From Podarcis erhardii (Eukaryota), in NCBI GenBank assembly GCA_964252035.1, contig CAXUOO010000130.1: a DNA stretch of 60,257 bases. One strand, given 5' to 3'. Positions 25,901-38,194 of the stretch are shown in pieces. The first letter of the stretch is position 1, and each line of letters begins with the position of its first letter. A program made the translations under genes and the position numbers. Under the pieces are notes generated by a model. The model worked only from the letters and a program-made list of their open reading frames with translations, was not told the DNA's origin and did not search any database.

Positions 25901-28900
25901 CTTCATGTGTCTATCAATAAAAATATGTACCAGGAAAAGTGAATTGAACTGCTTACTTTGAGTAAACTCTCTCACAAAATAAAGACTCTAACATTTGAGT
26001 TCTAATGGCTGTCATACACACTCCTAGAGATTGTGCGCACTATCTGCACACATATATGTACCATATTGGCGTTGATATTATGAATATGAAGATTGACGCG
26101 GCCGTACAACTATAGAGTTACCCAAAGAAAAGAAGATGTACATATACGTATATATACAGAGAGAGAGAGTGAGAGAAAAAAACACCCGTAAAGGTAAGTA
26201 CTTATATAGACGAAATCACATATAGCTGCGGATAAGCCGACTCATGTTTGTAACACCAGAAAAATGAATTTCCAGCTCAGCACGTCTCTATAGAATCTTA
26301 CATATAGCTGATAGAGTGGTCTGATGTGGGCTATGCTAAGTTGAAATCATTTACGACATCATCATCGTCAAAAAATGGAAAGGACAGGCATAAATTTTGC
26401 GAATTGATATAGGCAATAGGAAACGAAAACCTCGAGCAAATGCCGAGTAAAATTGGTATATACACAGGGGATAATAAAATTGAAAGAAAAAACGAACTTC
26501 TTTAGAGCAAGGAATGCGCCACACAATAGAGAGCGTGTGAAAAGAATTGGTACCAACAGAAGCTGCTTTACTGCCTTTGATATCTTAGCAGTTAACTCAG
26601 TATGGCTAAACTTCTCGACGCCGTAACACAGGGGCCGCAAATAAAAATGAGCCATCCTCGCAGAGTGACGAAGAGCGAGAAGGCGCAGAAAAAAATCAGT
26701 CTCTCACCGGTTCTTCCATGAACCAAGCCAACCGTCTGAATTCCTCGGCAACCTGAATCGCTAACTCTCGCGTTGGAGTTAGGATAAGCGCTGCAGCTAC
26801 GCACTCTTGATCCGCCTTTACAGAGGGATCTCGAGTTTCTTCGCAAACTTGTCGTCCGCAGTTCTTTCTCTCTAGCGAAGTTCGTTGGGCTGCCTCTTTC
26901 TCAGGTTCCACCGCTTCATCTCGCATCTCTACACCTCTCCGCTGCCGCTCTTGCTCCACCTGCTGCTGCTCCTGCTGCTCAAACTCCTCCTGCTTCCACT
27001 GAGTTTGTCCTTCACGCGTCTGCTGCTGATGCTGCGATTCAAATCTTTCCTGCTTTCGCTGACTAAATTCACAACTCCGCGGCTGCTGTTGCTGCTGCTG
27101 CTGCTCGTGTCTACTCGACCCCACATTTTGCGCATCCCCAGTCTTCAGCATTTCCCGCTTTTCAAGCCACTCTGCCCCTCCTTGCCTGCATCGATGCAGC
27201 TGCAAATCCATCTCATTCTTTGTCGCACTCAGCTGATGCTGCGACTGCTCTGCCGCCTCATCAGTTGAGACAGCCTGCTGCTGCAGCTGCAGCTTTTCCT
27301 CTTCTTCACCGCTCACCAAAGGCGACAATATCTCCTGCACTTCTTTTCGCAGCCGATGCTTCTGAAACTCACACTGCAGCTCTTGCGAAGTCTCGTTGTT
27401 GCTTTCGACCCTTTCTTGTACAAAGAAAGTGTCAACAACGCGCACAGCAGCAGACGCACTGCCTTGTTCACCACCAGCATTTTTCTGTTTGTCCAGATAG
27501 AAAGCGTGCCAGCGCCTGAAGCGGCTTATAAGCAGCTGCAGAACGGACAGCGCGAATGCGATTGTTTTGCCTGTGCCTGACTTCGCCTGGACGATAAGAT
27601 CTGTAAACACAAGCAAAAAAATACTCCTGAAACACCAGTACAAGGCTACTACGGTCGAGCTTACTACTGTCTCCCGTACGAGATACACTCTATCATATTC
27701 ACCCGTCGTCATACACTCGTCCAGCAACTACTCAAAAAAAAGGCAAGACTAGTCAGGAGCATCGCACCACTCTACTCATACACATACAAATTTAGGTGTA
27801 CATAAATGCGTGCGTATACATATATGTATGTTGGAAAGAAGTCACTAGTTCTTCATAAGTCTAGTTTGCTGCAGAAAAGCAAACGAAACCACTCAAGACT
27901 GTCATCCGCAAAGCTGTGTTGAAGATTGTATTCAGCGAAGCGTGCAACTGCTCCCGCGAGTGTACAGAAATAGCATTCTAATTCAATATTGTCCACCGAC
28001 AAAGCGCTCTATGCTCGGCGTTTGCTTAAATTCGAATTGTATCTCAAATTGAAAGTCCTCATTCGAAATCTAAGACCTGATCGAATACATTCTTCGATTG
28101 CTCGCGTGCACGAGCGCGCTTGCATCAAAATCACATAGGTACAGCAGCACACTCCATGCCAAGTACTGCGATAAGGATACCGTTCATAAACGAATTTTGC
28201 CAGCCTAACAAATTTCGATATTCCCCTGCGGCCAGACAAAACCGAGTACACCCCCCTTACGGCTTTCAATTTAATGTTCTTGCCAAAGAGATATGGCGAA
28301 CATCAGCAGACCTTCTTACGCTTCTGACAAAAACATGAGCGCAGTGCTGAAGTACGCATGATTATCTTAAATCTGGACACGTCTGCAAATATCCTCTTTA
28401 CTTTGTAAGGCTTGGAAGTCTCAAAAAGTGGAACAAAAAAAAGCGAAATAATGCCGCAGCGCTGACACAGCAGCATTCGCAGCAGGTAAAAACAGCCATG
28501 TTCGTAACGTGACGCGACTCTGCAATCCAGGATAAGAAAATGAGATAAGGTGACTCATTTTTAATTGTACCGCTACATTTTAGGTAGAATCCATTTACGG
28601 TTTCAAAAAGGTATATACATTCCACACCAGAGCTTTTGTCCTCTTGTGGAGTTGTTGTAAGCAAAGAAATTCGCATATATCTCTAGACGTGCATAAGCTG
28701 ATCGTCGAGTAGAGAGGGAAAGGAACCGAAATCGAAGAGACAAAATAGATGAAGCGAGAAAATATACTGGATTGCCTATATATATATATATATATATATA
28801 TCAGATATGCATACGTAAAGCCCGATGCGGTTACAAAAGCCGCTAAAAACGAAGTATTTGAAACAAAGACAATCTAAGTGTACGGCGCGTCGTTTGAATT

Positions 28901-30179
28901 TAAAAATGGGCAGCAGCCCAGCATATCTGTGAGTGCTAGTCTTTGAGACGATGAGTAGATATCAGTTGGCGGCATGCAGACTACTACACAGACACTAATA
29001 ATCTGAACAGCTGTTTATATATATAGTAGAAATATACGTGCAAGTGTGTCACTCGCCCGTCCCTGAAGCGTGTAGAGATACACGCACCTGAGTACAAGTA
29101 CAGAGAGGTACCTACAGAGAAAGTAGGCAACTTAAGACATACGTTTCGGTGAAAGTTGAAAAAAATGCATAGCCTGTTCAAGAAGTGAAGGTCACGCATA
29201 GGACTGCCCACGCGAAAAAGCTTGATTTCCTTTGCAGGCCAGCCAGCTGAGAGTGCTTTTTGTATGTTCTCAGTTACTTGTGTGGATAAAAGGTCTGTAC
29301 AAAATTCTATTCTAGCCTTCGCACACATACACATACAGGATGGTGACGGTATGTTCTTCAGAAATAGCGGCACAATAAGAACCGACAGATAAATGTAGAT
29401 TCGTGGAACACTTGTGCAAAAACGTGCACACCAGTACGGGACAAAAAGACATAGTAGAGAGTTTTTAGGAAGTTGATGACGTCGACAGGAATACGACCGT
29501 TCGCACATACTGACGTCGCACTCACAAAAAGACTCTTACTTTTACTCTGAATAGCCCGTGGCACGGTAGCGCACTGAACTGGAGAAGGAAGGTTCAAACC
29601 CATTACCCGAATGCTCCGCAGCAGTGCTCCATCTAACCCCAAATCAGCAAAGGTTATGATAGAAGCAGGATGACCTTGACTTTGCGACTTAGAGCATACA
29701 CGTTTCTGGTCGTCTACAGGCTTTTCTAACGCTGGGGCTGCCGGTGAAGTAGCTGCTTCAGAGAAAACAGATTCGAAATTCGACAATTCTGCGTCAACGT
29801 GTGCCATATGTCTACTTGATGCTACTTCTGGACTTGCAAAATTCACAGCATCAAAGCCCGCATCTGCTGGTGTTCTCTGCTGAGGTACCTGCATGAGATC
29901 ACAATGCTGCTGCTGCACGTCTACAGTGCGTGAGGACGGATGATGCGGTTTCAGATCCTTTTCAGCTTCTATGTCTGACACTAACAGCTCAAGTTTTCCG
30001 GATCCGGCATATTCAACGAAAATATCACTAAATTTTTTACGAGATCTTCCGGATTTCTTTTCCTTACATGGCTTCTGCTTGTCCAACGACCCCGCGACAA
30101 AGGTATTTGCAGCTCCTGCTATATTCTCCAACAGAGCAGGAAGCTCTTCCTCAGCAGCAGCAGACTCGCAAGAATCCAT
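16962..30179 (-). CDS. DDX20: DDX20/Gemin3-like DEAD-box RNA helicase, ~1580 aa, about 12 exons, with large low-complexity insertions
   Basis: All motifs occur in order across phase-consistent GT-AG exons: Q motif (TFADLGL..LPSPVQ), motif I (LIVQAKSGTGKT), Ia (LILTPTRELAIQ), GG (CLFGG), Ib (ISTPGR), II (VLDEAD), III (FSAT), IV (QAIVFCNS), RLRNLLALKRVYCRVLVCSD, V (ISRGIDAAAVDLVVNLDIP) and VI (HRSGRAGRFG). Exons: 29540-30179, 26708-27600, 25680-25773, 24223-24703, 22529-23790, 21975-22113, 20829-20885, 20380-20464, 19555-19614, 18590-19076, 18204-18307, 16962-17408. These sum to 4749 nt, divisible by 3. PSPVQ, LIVQAKSGTGKT and SRGIDA..V.LVVNLD.P match DDX20 better than eIF4A or DDX19 as I recall them. 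The last two exons and the ATG at 30179 rest on splice and phase logic only. Confidence 0.85.
19054..19468. repeat. Tandem repeat, 3 x 138 bp, spanning an intron/exon boundary of the DDX20-like gene
   Basis: The unit cggtgtaggagggtctgctgatcctgtaaaactcag...cattacaagca starts at 19054, 19192 and 19330. Copy 2 differs from copy 1 at two bases, and copy 3 at two other bases. Confidence 0.97.
27084..27106. repeat. (CTG/CAG)n coding microsatellite encoding poly-Gln in the DDX20-like insertion
   Basis: The run ctgctgttgctgctgctgctgct reads QQQQQQQ on the minus strand. Similar short CAG runs occur in the PH and hydrolase exons (e.g. ~56265-56283). Confidence 0.85.
28777..28801. repeat. (TA)n microsatellite in DDX20-like intron 1
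   Basis: Direct reading. Similar intronic tracts lie at ~35526-35555 (PH gene) and ~45870-45918 (TPH gene). Confidence 0.9.
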
Positions 30180-31939
30180 TGAGCTTGAATGAATGTTTTG
30201 CGGTGCTTCGGAAAGTTCTCTGGTGCCAATGCCGTTCTGGTAGCATTGGATTCTATGATGGCAAATGGCAGCCGCCTCCCCCAAACTGGTACACTGTCGC
30301 AAAAGGTATTGATGTGACTGCCTCGGCGCTTCCTGCTGCGGTCCTATATATGTCACCTCTGCATCGAAGAATTATCAATGTCATATCTACAACGTGCCAC
30401 AACTTCAGTTGAACTGAACCGGTATGACACAGGGTCGTGGATGTGACTCATATCGTGTTGCGCGCACGTTTGAACCGCGAGGAATAGAAAGTTTTCCAAA
30501 TAGGTGACTCACAACTGCGAACTGTTGCTTCTTTTGCTGGAAGTTCAAAACGCAACAGCCGCTGAGGTTCAGAGCACCAAGTACAGTTACTTTAGGCAGA
30601 GGCTAACCGAGCAGATAAGATTTATCAATATAGATCCACATGCACAGTTGCTTGTACGAAAAAATATCATCACATTTCAAGTCATGAAATCAACCTTGCT
30701 GCTTCGGCAGGTGGTGCTGCTGCAACGTCCATAAAAGATGAGTTGTTCCACACTTCTTACAAGAGTATCGAATTCAGTAGGCCTTGTTTCAGCTTCGATT
30801 TGGCGCTTGGGGCTCCTACGTTCAGAAGGTATCCACCATAAACATAGGCAAACCGTTAGAGCAACAGACCCAACGGACATGCAACACGAGCGACGGCTCG
30901 ACATCGAGCGGCACGGCAGCGACAATTAGCAACGTTGCTGACTCGGCTCTGCGGTGTTTTTGGATAATACCGCTTACAGTAGTTATAGAGCTCATAAATT
31001 TAAGGCAGTGGATCACTCTTTAGAGCAGCAGCATCAAATTTGATGAGCAGTGGGAAACGGTAGTGAATGTGGACCGTGCAGCAGGATGAAGTGCTATCCA
31101 CTGTGTGAAACACAGCACAAAGAATGGGATTTGTCACATTCTCGATGCTATAAATTATTTCTGACTGTTTGTTTCGTTCATTCATGCTTGTTCCCTTGCA
31201 TTTGGCACGTATCCAATTGTTTATCTTCGACATTTATTTAGAAACAAAGGTCACCACTCTGTAGCAGCACCGTTCGGTGGAAAATTTATTGCCGTGGAGT
31301 GCGCTTTTTGGGGACCGTGTTTTTCTCTGTTTTTTTTGAAGTGTATGCAATACAACGAGCTTATTGTTTTCATTAGCAGTCACCCAATTCGCGTATCGAA
31401 AACACCCGCAGAACATCGTACGAGCTCTATGGTTATCAAGAACTTTTCATCCCATCTGCTCCAATAAAAATACATCACAAGTTAATTAATTTGTTTGAAA
31501 GGCATTAAGATGTAGAATCGGGAAAAAAGGGTCCAGATTCCCAACATTGTCTGCAACAGCTGCAGCAGTAGTAGCTGTAACATCATTGCTGAACGCAACA
31601 GAAGCAACACCAGCATCTGGATATGATCTGCTGATATTGTTGCTTCGTAGCATCATTGATACATCGATTTTTCACAGTGTATATAAGGCTGCATATCTTT
31701 CATGGCTACTGGTATAGGGAGCTGATGTTGCCCTAGCTTCTTCGGCTGATAACTTGCGCTTTTGTCTCTTGCATCCCACGTGAAACGGCATCGTGTGGAA
31801 ACCGGTGCTGCACATTGGACACCTGTTGCAGAAAGCCCTATGTCACTGAGTGTCAACTTTTACTTTCAGCTACCATAGCATAGGAATTCTAACGCGCTGT
31901 GCAGGGGAATTTTTTGTTTGAGAAACTATGCGACTCTGG

Positions 31940-32053
31940 TGTTTTATGCACTCCGTATTCGATTGTTGACGGTACACCGGGTGTTTCGGTTTGCGGGTTC
32001 GCTGTTTTATGCGCTCCGTAATTGTAATTGTTGATGGCGCTGCGGGTGTTCCG
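31940..32053. repeat. Degenerate tandem duplication, period ~63 bp
   Basis: tgttttatgcactccgtattcgattgttgacggtacaccgggtgtttcg at 31940 versus tgttttatgcgctccgtaattgtaattgttgatggcgctgcgggtgttccg at 32003. Confidence 0.7.
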
Positions 32054-32592
32054 CTTTCCATTTATCTTCGTCAGAATTTGTAATATAAGACGTCTTCGCA
32101 GATTTGGGTGAAGGTCCATGCAAAACTTGCCGATTTGCACACCAAGGAGTCGCCATTGTATTGCCACGACTATTACTTATGGTGATGTATATATCTATAC
32201 TTTTTTTTCCATCCATACGTAAAACCTACAGCTTTTGCATCAGTTTGAGTAGTGTAGAATTCTCAGCAGCTGTAGTTTCTCCCTAGTTGCGGCGAATCAA
32301 AAACTAAACTAATAATCAATAATATAGAATAATGATATAAGTACAAGAGCACTTTTTTAATTCAGAATATTACCCCCCTCCGCCACGTCCTGAATAAGAA
32401 TCACTCCACACGAGATCCGATGCAACTGTTCTGAATTCCGGAAAAAGTCATATTCCACCTGACGGTCTGACCTGTTTACCACCCTTCCCCCGAAACATTG
32501 CATTTACGCCTCTTTCTGAGCCATTTTTCCTGTTTAAGGCATTGCTTATACTGTGTAAAACAAGGTGTCCATTTTCAAATGGCACGATACAC

Positions 32593-35500
32593 ATGCACAA
32601 TAAGATCACCACGTCTTGTTTTCCACCGATGGCGCAGCAGCCAGTACCTACGAAAGTTTGCGACTTCCGCAGATCTCGTGGACGTCCGGCTTCAGCAGCA
32701 GCAGCAGCATTCTCAGTTCCTTCACACTCAACGTCTTGTGCAACACAACGACCTTCACCGTTCGGCAGCAACAGTTTGGATTGTTTCCCTCAGAGACTTC
32801 GAGTACCGACACTTATTCCCATGCAAAACCGACTGCTCATTCAGAATATGAAGCCAAGCAACATACGGAGTGACAGTGATATCTTCAGCCAGCGGCTGCC
32901 TGCAAAACAAAGCACTTACTGCGCAACGCTGCATCCATCCAGCAGCAGCTGCAGACCTGGACGACAACTTGGGAACAACTGCAAAATCGAACATCCCGTC
33001 AGAAGCAGCGGTCGACACCACAGCAGCGTCAACTCTCAGCCCGATGCTTCTGCCCGATGGCGCCGCATCAACAGTAGCACGCATCATGAACATAGCAGTC
33101 GCAGACAACCCAACATCCCAAGCAACAGTGTGCCACATAACGTTAGCGCCACCCAGCTATACACTAGTGGAGGACAGCAGAGTGTCAGCTCGTACGGTAG
33201 CACCACGACCCAGGACAGATCACGAAAGCAGCCGAGAAGCAGCGGCAGCAGCACAACACGGCGGAGATATACCAGCAGCAGCATCAGTAGTAGATCAGAC
33301 GGCAACAAGGGGAAACTCGAAGAAGACAGTGAAGGTTCAAGCGGAATGTTGCAGCAGTCGTATCAGCAGTACCGAAATCCGCATTCAAATCCGCAGCAAG
33401 CGAAGCTAGCCGACCACTGCAGTGCAGAAGATGTGAATAACGAGGTGTCCATGGACTGGGAACTAGAAGGCGCCTCCGCTGCAGGAGCTCGGGTACACTC
33501 CCATGCAGTACTTTCTACGACTCGTGGAAATCCTGCTGATAGGTTGTCTGCTGATGCTGCAGAGGTTGCAGGTGTTGAACTCCCGGCGGCCATTGGTGCG
33601 TACTTGAAGCATGGAGAAAGGGCGCTTTTATGGGGGCCGCTGGTTCGGATGAAAGGTCAGTGCCACAGGGAAAGCAGCAGTTTCTTCGCACACACTTCTC
33701 AGCCGCTGTGACCGCCGCGGCGCCGTAAACAGACGCGGGGAATGTGTTTTCAGACCGCCTCTACTTACTGTGTTGAGTATTTTTTGCACAAGTACAATTG
33801 TGCAAAGAGCTGTCATTGTTTTGACAAGGGAAGCAATTGCCAAAATTGCGAAGTGTGTAAGTTCTTTTATGATTTTGAATCAATGTTTATCGAGGATTCT
33901 GTCGTGGACTGCTGTTAGCACGCGGAGCATTTTCGTAGTGCATGCCCTGAGCAGGCCGGTGACGTTGCAAGTGACGCAGACGGCTAGCGGGCATGATGAA
34001 TTCTTTTCTTTTTAATGGGACTAGTACATTGCGTTCATAAGTTCAATTCTCATTCCATATACTCTTGTAGACGTCGGTTGCTGCTAGTGCTCGTGTGTGC
34101 TCGTTTTTGACAGAGGCCCGTACACTCCTGCAACGGATGGTATGGCTATGCATGCGGCGAAGAGGCTACGCGCTTTGTGGAGACAGTGACGAGCAGTTGC
34201 AGCCGCACCGTTGCTTTGCTGTCCTAACCGACACTCCAAGTTTGCTGCTATTTCACCCAGAAAAATTGAGACTGCAAGTCCGCTTACAGCACGTTGATAG
34301 TAAATTTCCTTTATCCTAGAGCTTTACATGAAACCGCCTGTACAGATCCTTCTGGTGAGGGTGCGGGTGTCCGTTTGTATCTATACACTCACTTGCGAAC
34401 TCGCTGATATGGATTGACTGTATTTTGCCCGTGCTTAGATGGGTAACCATTGTGTGCGGTAAAAACTGCTCGGGTAAGCCTTTTCCTTGACATAGGTGCA
34501 GTTTGACAGTTTAAGGCTGCTTTTCAAGGATGTTCCCCCTCCTGTGTTTTAATCTTCTAATGCACCACTGTAACTAAATGCCCTATCAAAAACAGTTTCA
34601 TTATGTTGTGCTGATGACCTATAAACAGTCTGGGTTGGGCGTCATACAATGCTCCGAAGCTTGAAGTTGTTTTCGCAGTCAATTCCTTCATGCGAGTGAT
34701 GGTGCGATGTATGCATCATTACACACCCGCGTCTTGATAAAATCTTCATGTATTCATATGTTTTTTCCCGGTTGACTGTCAGCTGCTGTAGCATTGAGGA
34801 TGCTTTGCTTGATGCGGAAGCTGATCTCGCGCGCGAATCCAGTTGAAGTTGTAGCTATATATACATACATGTAGAAACAGGACTATATACGTTTTCTGCC
34901 AGCATACCATAGAAACCTTTTGGTGTTTTTCAATCCCTTTATAGGTGCCAAAACCACTTCTACCATATTGTGTGGATGATAAATTATGTACTGTATGATG
35001 ATATTTTACTGTATGTAACTGAATATCACCTGTCAATCTACATATTATACATATGTGTTTCACCTTTCATCGGCAAGCTTACCCACAATCGAGTGCTTTC
35101 GCACGACCCTTAGTCAACTGCTCTGCTTTAGAGTTAATAGGAAGTATGCAAATGAATTTTGATGCACCGCACTGCACAAGCCCTTCCACGTACGTTTTCG
35201 CATTTATTGCAGATGTGTGTATGAATTTTTCCGGATTTTTCTGTCAAAGGAAAGCATAAAACTGGTTAAAGAAGAAACAGATGTTGCAACAGAGGGAAAG
35301 GATTTGCTAATCTTTCAAACGCCGCGCTCTACGCTGATTTTCCTTGAGGGTTTGGGAGCAGCGGAGCGCTGGGCTGAAGTGATGCGGCAGGCCATCTCGC
35401 TGGTAAGTGCTCGGCCGGACAGCATAAGGAACTATATGCGTCAGTCACTTTCCTGTTTCTTTTTTCAGTTAATATGAAAACATACTCATCAGGGGTCTGG

Positions 35501-36752
35501 TATATGGTCGTCTTCCTGTGCGTGTGTATATATATATATATATATATATGTATATGTAATGTACAACTTTTTTTTTGAGTATATGTACACGCATATCCGG
35601 CAATACATTTTACAAATAAGACTTGTGCGGCAATACACATCAAGCATTGAGACACTTGTGCATAAAAATTTTTCTTAGTCAGAAGGTGAACCGTTCCGGC
35701 AGTGCTGAATGTGCTGGTCACAGTGTTTTGCCCATATTTTTCTTTAAGACGTTTTGCGCGTGACGTCGCGCTGGCCCGCACACCGTCAGCAGAAGAAAAC
35801 GTGATTCCACTGCAGTTTTTGAGCATGACTTGCCGGTTAGCAAAAAGCTTTTTCAAAGCAAAATGAGAGCATTCGTGGCGCAATAGATATCGGCATGGAT
35901 CACGCATATATTAGCGACACATTGTATGTTCTCATGAATACTACACACGTAGTCAGCAAACATTTCGTTGCCCTTCCGAGAATAGGTTTATTCAAGTTTA
36001 GGAAGACAGTATGTATGCAGGTTCTCTGAAGGTTATTATGTTTGTCTTTTCACTTTTTGGCTCAGCAGTGTGATCAAAGTCCAAGCTTTTTGAGCGAAGA
36101 AGAAAGCCATTTTTACCAGTTTGCCTCAAGATCTGCCAGTCGCTTCTTTGCATTGCTGAAACAGCTTTGTGCGCTCGTCCATCCCTTTGAACGAAAGAAA
36201 AGAGGCAGTTTTGATAGATTAAGTCATAGTAGCATAAGCAGCGAAAGTATCTTGTCTGTTGCTAATGTGCCTCCGAACGGAGCCCGAAGCACTTCTTCTA
36301 CGCCTTTTCATTTAGATGGGAATTGCATGGAAAACTCTTTTATGGCTGTACGTGATGAAGGAAGCAACAGTTATGCGGCTCTTCCATTATGTGAAAAAAG
36401 CCCGTATGCTACGAGCGATGCAGCTGGAGAAAGGAAGCAACAGCATTCTACTCAGGTACAGTTCCCAAATTCCCAGAAGGGTTCCACATGGAGCGGGAAA
36501 TTTTACGAAGACCGCCGTGTTTACGACGCTTTTAGTGAAAGTGATGTATCGGCACATGAAGCTTGGCTCAGTCCGAAAAGTACGCTACAGCTGCACGAAA
36601 GTGATCCGGATTCGAGTTCCTTGTGGGAAGGGGAGGAACACGGCCATGCACGTAGGTACACAATGAAGAAGGCACCAACTCTCTTGATAGGTCGCGTAGG
36701 AGAAGCTGCCGTTGCCGCGTTCAAACGAATTTCGAACTGGAATTCTTCATAA
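32593..36752 (+). CDS. Protein with a PDK1-type PH domain flanked by Ser-rich low-complexity regions, ~690 aa; no kinase domain recognised
   Basis: Phase-consistent exons 32593-33655, 34114-34277, 35250-35402 and 36066-36752. The spliced product reads ERALLWGPLVRMK...RCFAVLTDTPSLLLFHPEKLRLQ|ESIKLVKEETDVATEGKDLLIFQTPRSTLIFLEGLGAAERWAEVMRQAI. This aligns by eye to the PDK1 C-terminal PH domain ([62 protein letters not shown]). The 5' end is uncertain because a possible acceptor lies at 32538/32539. Confidence 0.72.
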
Positions 36753-38194
36753 TATTCAATTAAAATTAAAATGTGCTGTGCCAACTCTAGCGACCTCGGG
36801 GTTGAAGTCACTTGAATTCCATAGTCTTGTAATTACCTGCAGAGCTGTTCTCACCTTCTGAAAAAACACTGCAGTCACGGGCCAGCTAGAAAATACACGC
36901 GGGCGCCTGGGAAGGTTTTTCTGTGACTTCGACAGGAATTCAATCTCTCCGAGTTTCTGATTGTTGCAGTCAATTATGAGACGTACACGTGCGAGCAGTT
37001 GCGCGAGAAAATGATTAGCTTTCTTCAGCAATCCAGCAGAATGCATGCTTGTGCATCACAACGAGAGCACTCTTACTCCCTGTATTATTCAAATTTTTCA
37101 AAGAAAAGTTGAGGGGGCTCTCATTGTCAAAATTCTCTTTTCCTTGGTATTTTTGCCGTTTTGAACGCAAGTCTGCAATTACTTTAGAAAGTGCGACGAG
37201 GGCTCATGTTCACCATGCAAAAACCATATCTCTAGGATAATTTATGGATTCACGTTAGGATGTGTAAAAGGTTTGACGTACAGCTGCGCATCATTCTCGG
37301 CTACACTTTGTCAGACAACTTGTTCTCTTTCGTGGATAATATTGAAATAATGTGATTTGACATCGGGATCAGTTGTTCGATTGTTTTATTGCGGTAGACT
37401 TACCAACGTGCAGTGCAAGTGTCGTTTTACAAGGTAAGTGCTGCGTCATTTGAAACATGATTTGACTTATTCATACGCCTCAGCCCTATTTCGATAGTGT
37501 TCAGGAGTCTTTGAGAGAGAGTGAAAGAGGGAAAAGGAAGAGGGCAAGTGAATAAACAGAAAGTGAAGAGAAGACGGAACGTAATTAATGATGATTGCCA
37601 GCATTTTTCTGAATTATAGGGCATGTTCTACAGTTGGTGAGTGAGCTTATGTTTATCAAACAGAAGGGAATAAATTCGGCATCGTTGGTTTTTACATGCT
37701 TATGAAGGGTACATGGCTCCGCGCTCAAAGAGTGCCGAAGATTCAAAAGAACAACATCTCCCAGGCTATTCGAATATGATGCTTAAAATATTGCGGACGG
37801 TAGACCAACCGAACTCACCGTAACCATACGCAGCGCGACTCATGTGATGGCAAATTCTGCACACTGGCTACATATGCAATTATCAACAATACATGCACAT
37901 TCTCTATCCCTATCCTCTCTCGTCGTCTGTGAGTGACTTGTAAAGAACTGCTTTTTTCACCGATAAAATATGCAGTTCCCGAGATTGTTCGATACATGGT
38001 AATGTTGCTACAAGTATCGATATGTTTTTTACGATGAGGGTCGAAACTACGCAGTTTGTCTGCGAGCAACTGATACGCAGCTGCGAAAGCGTCACTTTAT
38101 GAGTGTCAACGCAACCGGATAGAAACATTACTTTTGTTCGTGTATATTAAGCGACTCTCAATCCCTAAAAGTATATTTTTTAAATGTCAGAATT

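Noticed and set aside
28984-29508. 174-aa ORF in DDX20-like intron 1
   Set aside because: Reads like translated intron (YIY, C/F-rich) and overlaps the run-through of exon 1.
32755-33593. Multiple overlapping ORFs on both strands around the PH-gene first exon
   Set aside because: Shadow ORFs of a GC-richer, CAG-rich coding exon; no independent motifs.
35329-35907. 192-aa minus-strand ORF inside the PH gene
   Set aside because: Its length is inflated by a stop-free (TA)n tract and the antisense of an exon; no recognisable domain.
36063-36068. CAGCAG (NAGNAG) tandem acceptor of PH-gene exon 4
   Set aside because: Common feature; changes only one Gln.
36756-37046. 96-aa ATG-initiated minus-strand ORF between the PH gene and WDR35
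   Set aside because: Protein-like by eye, but I found no motif and could not link it to other exons.
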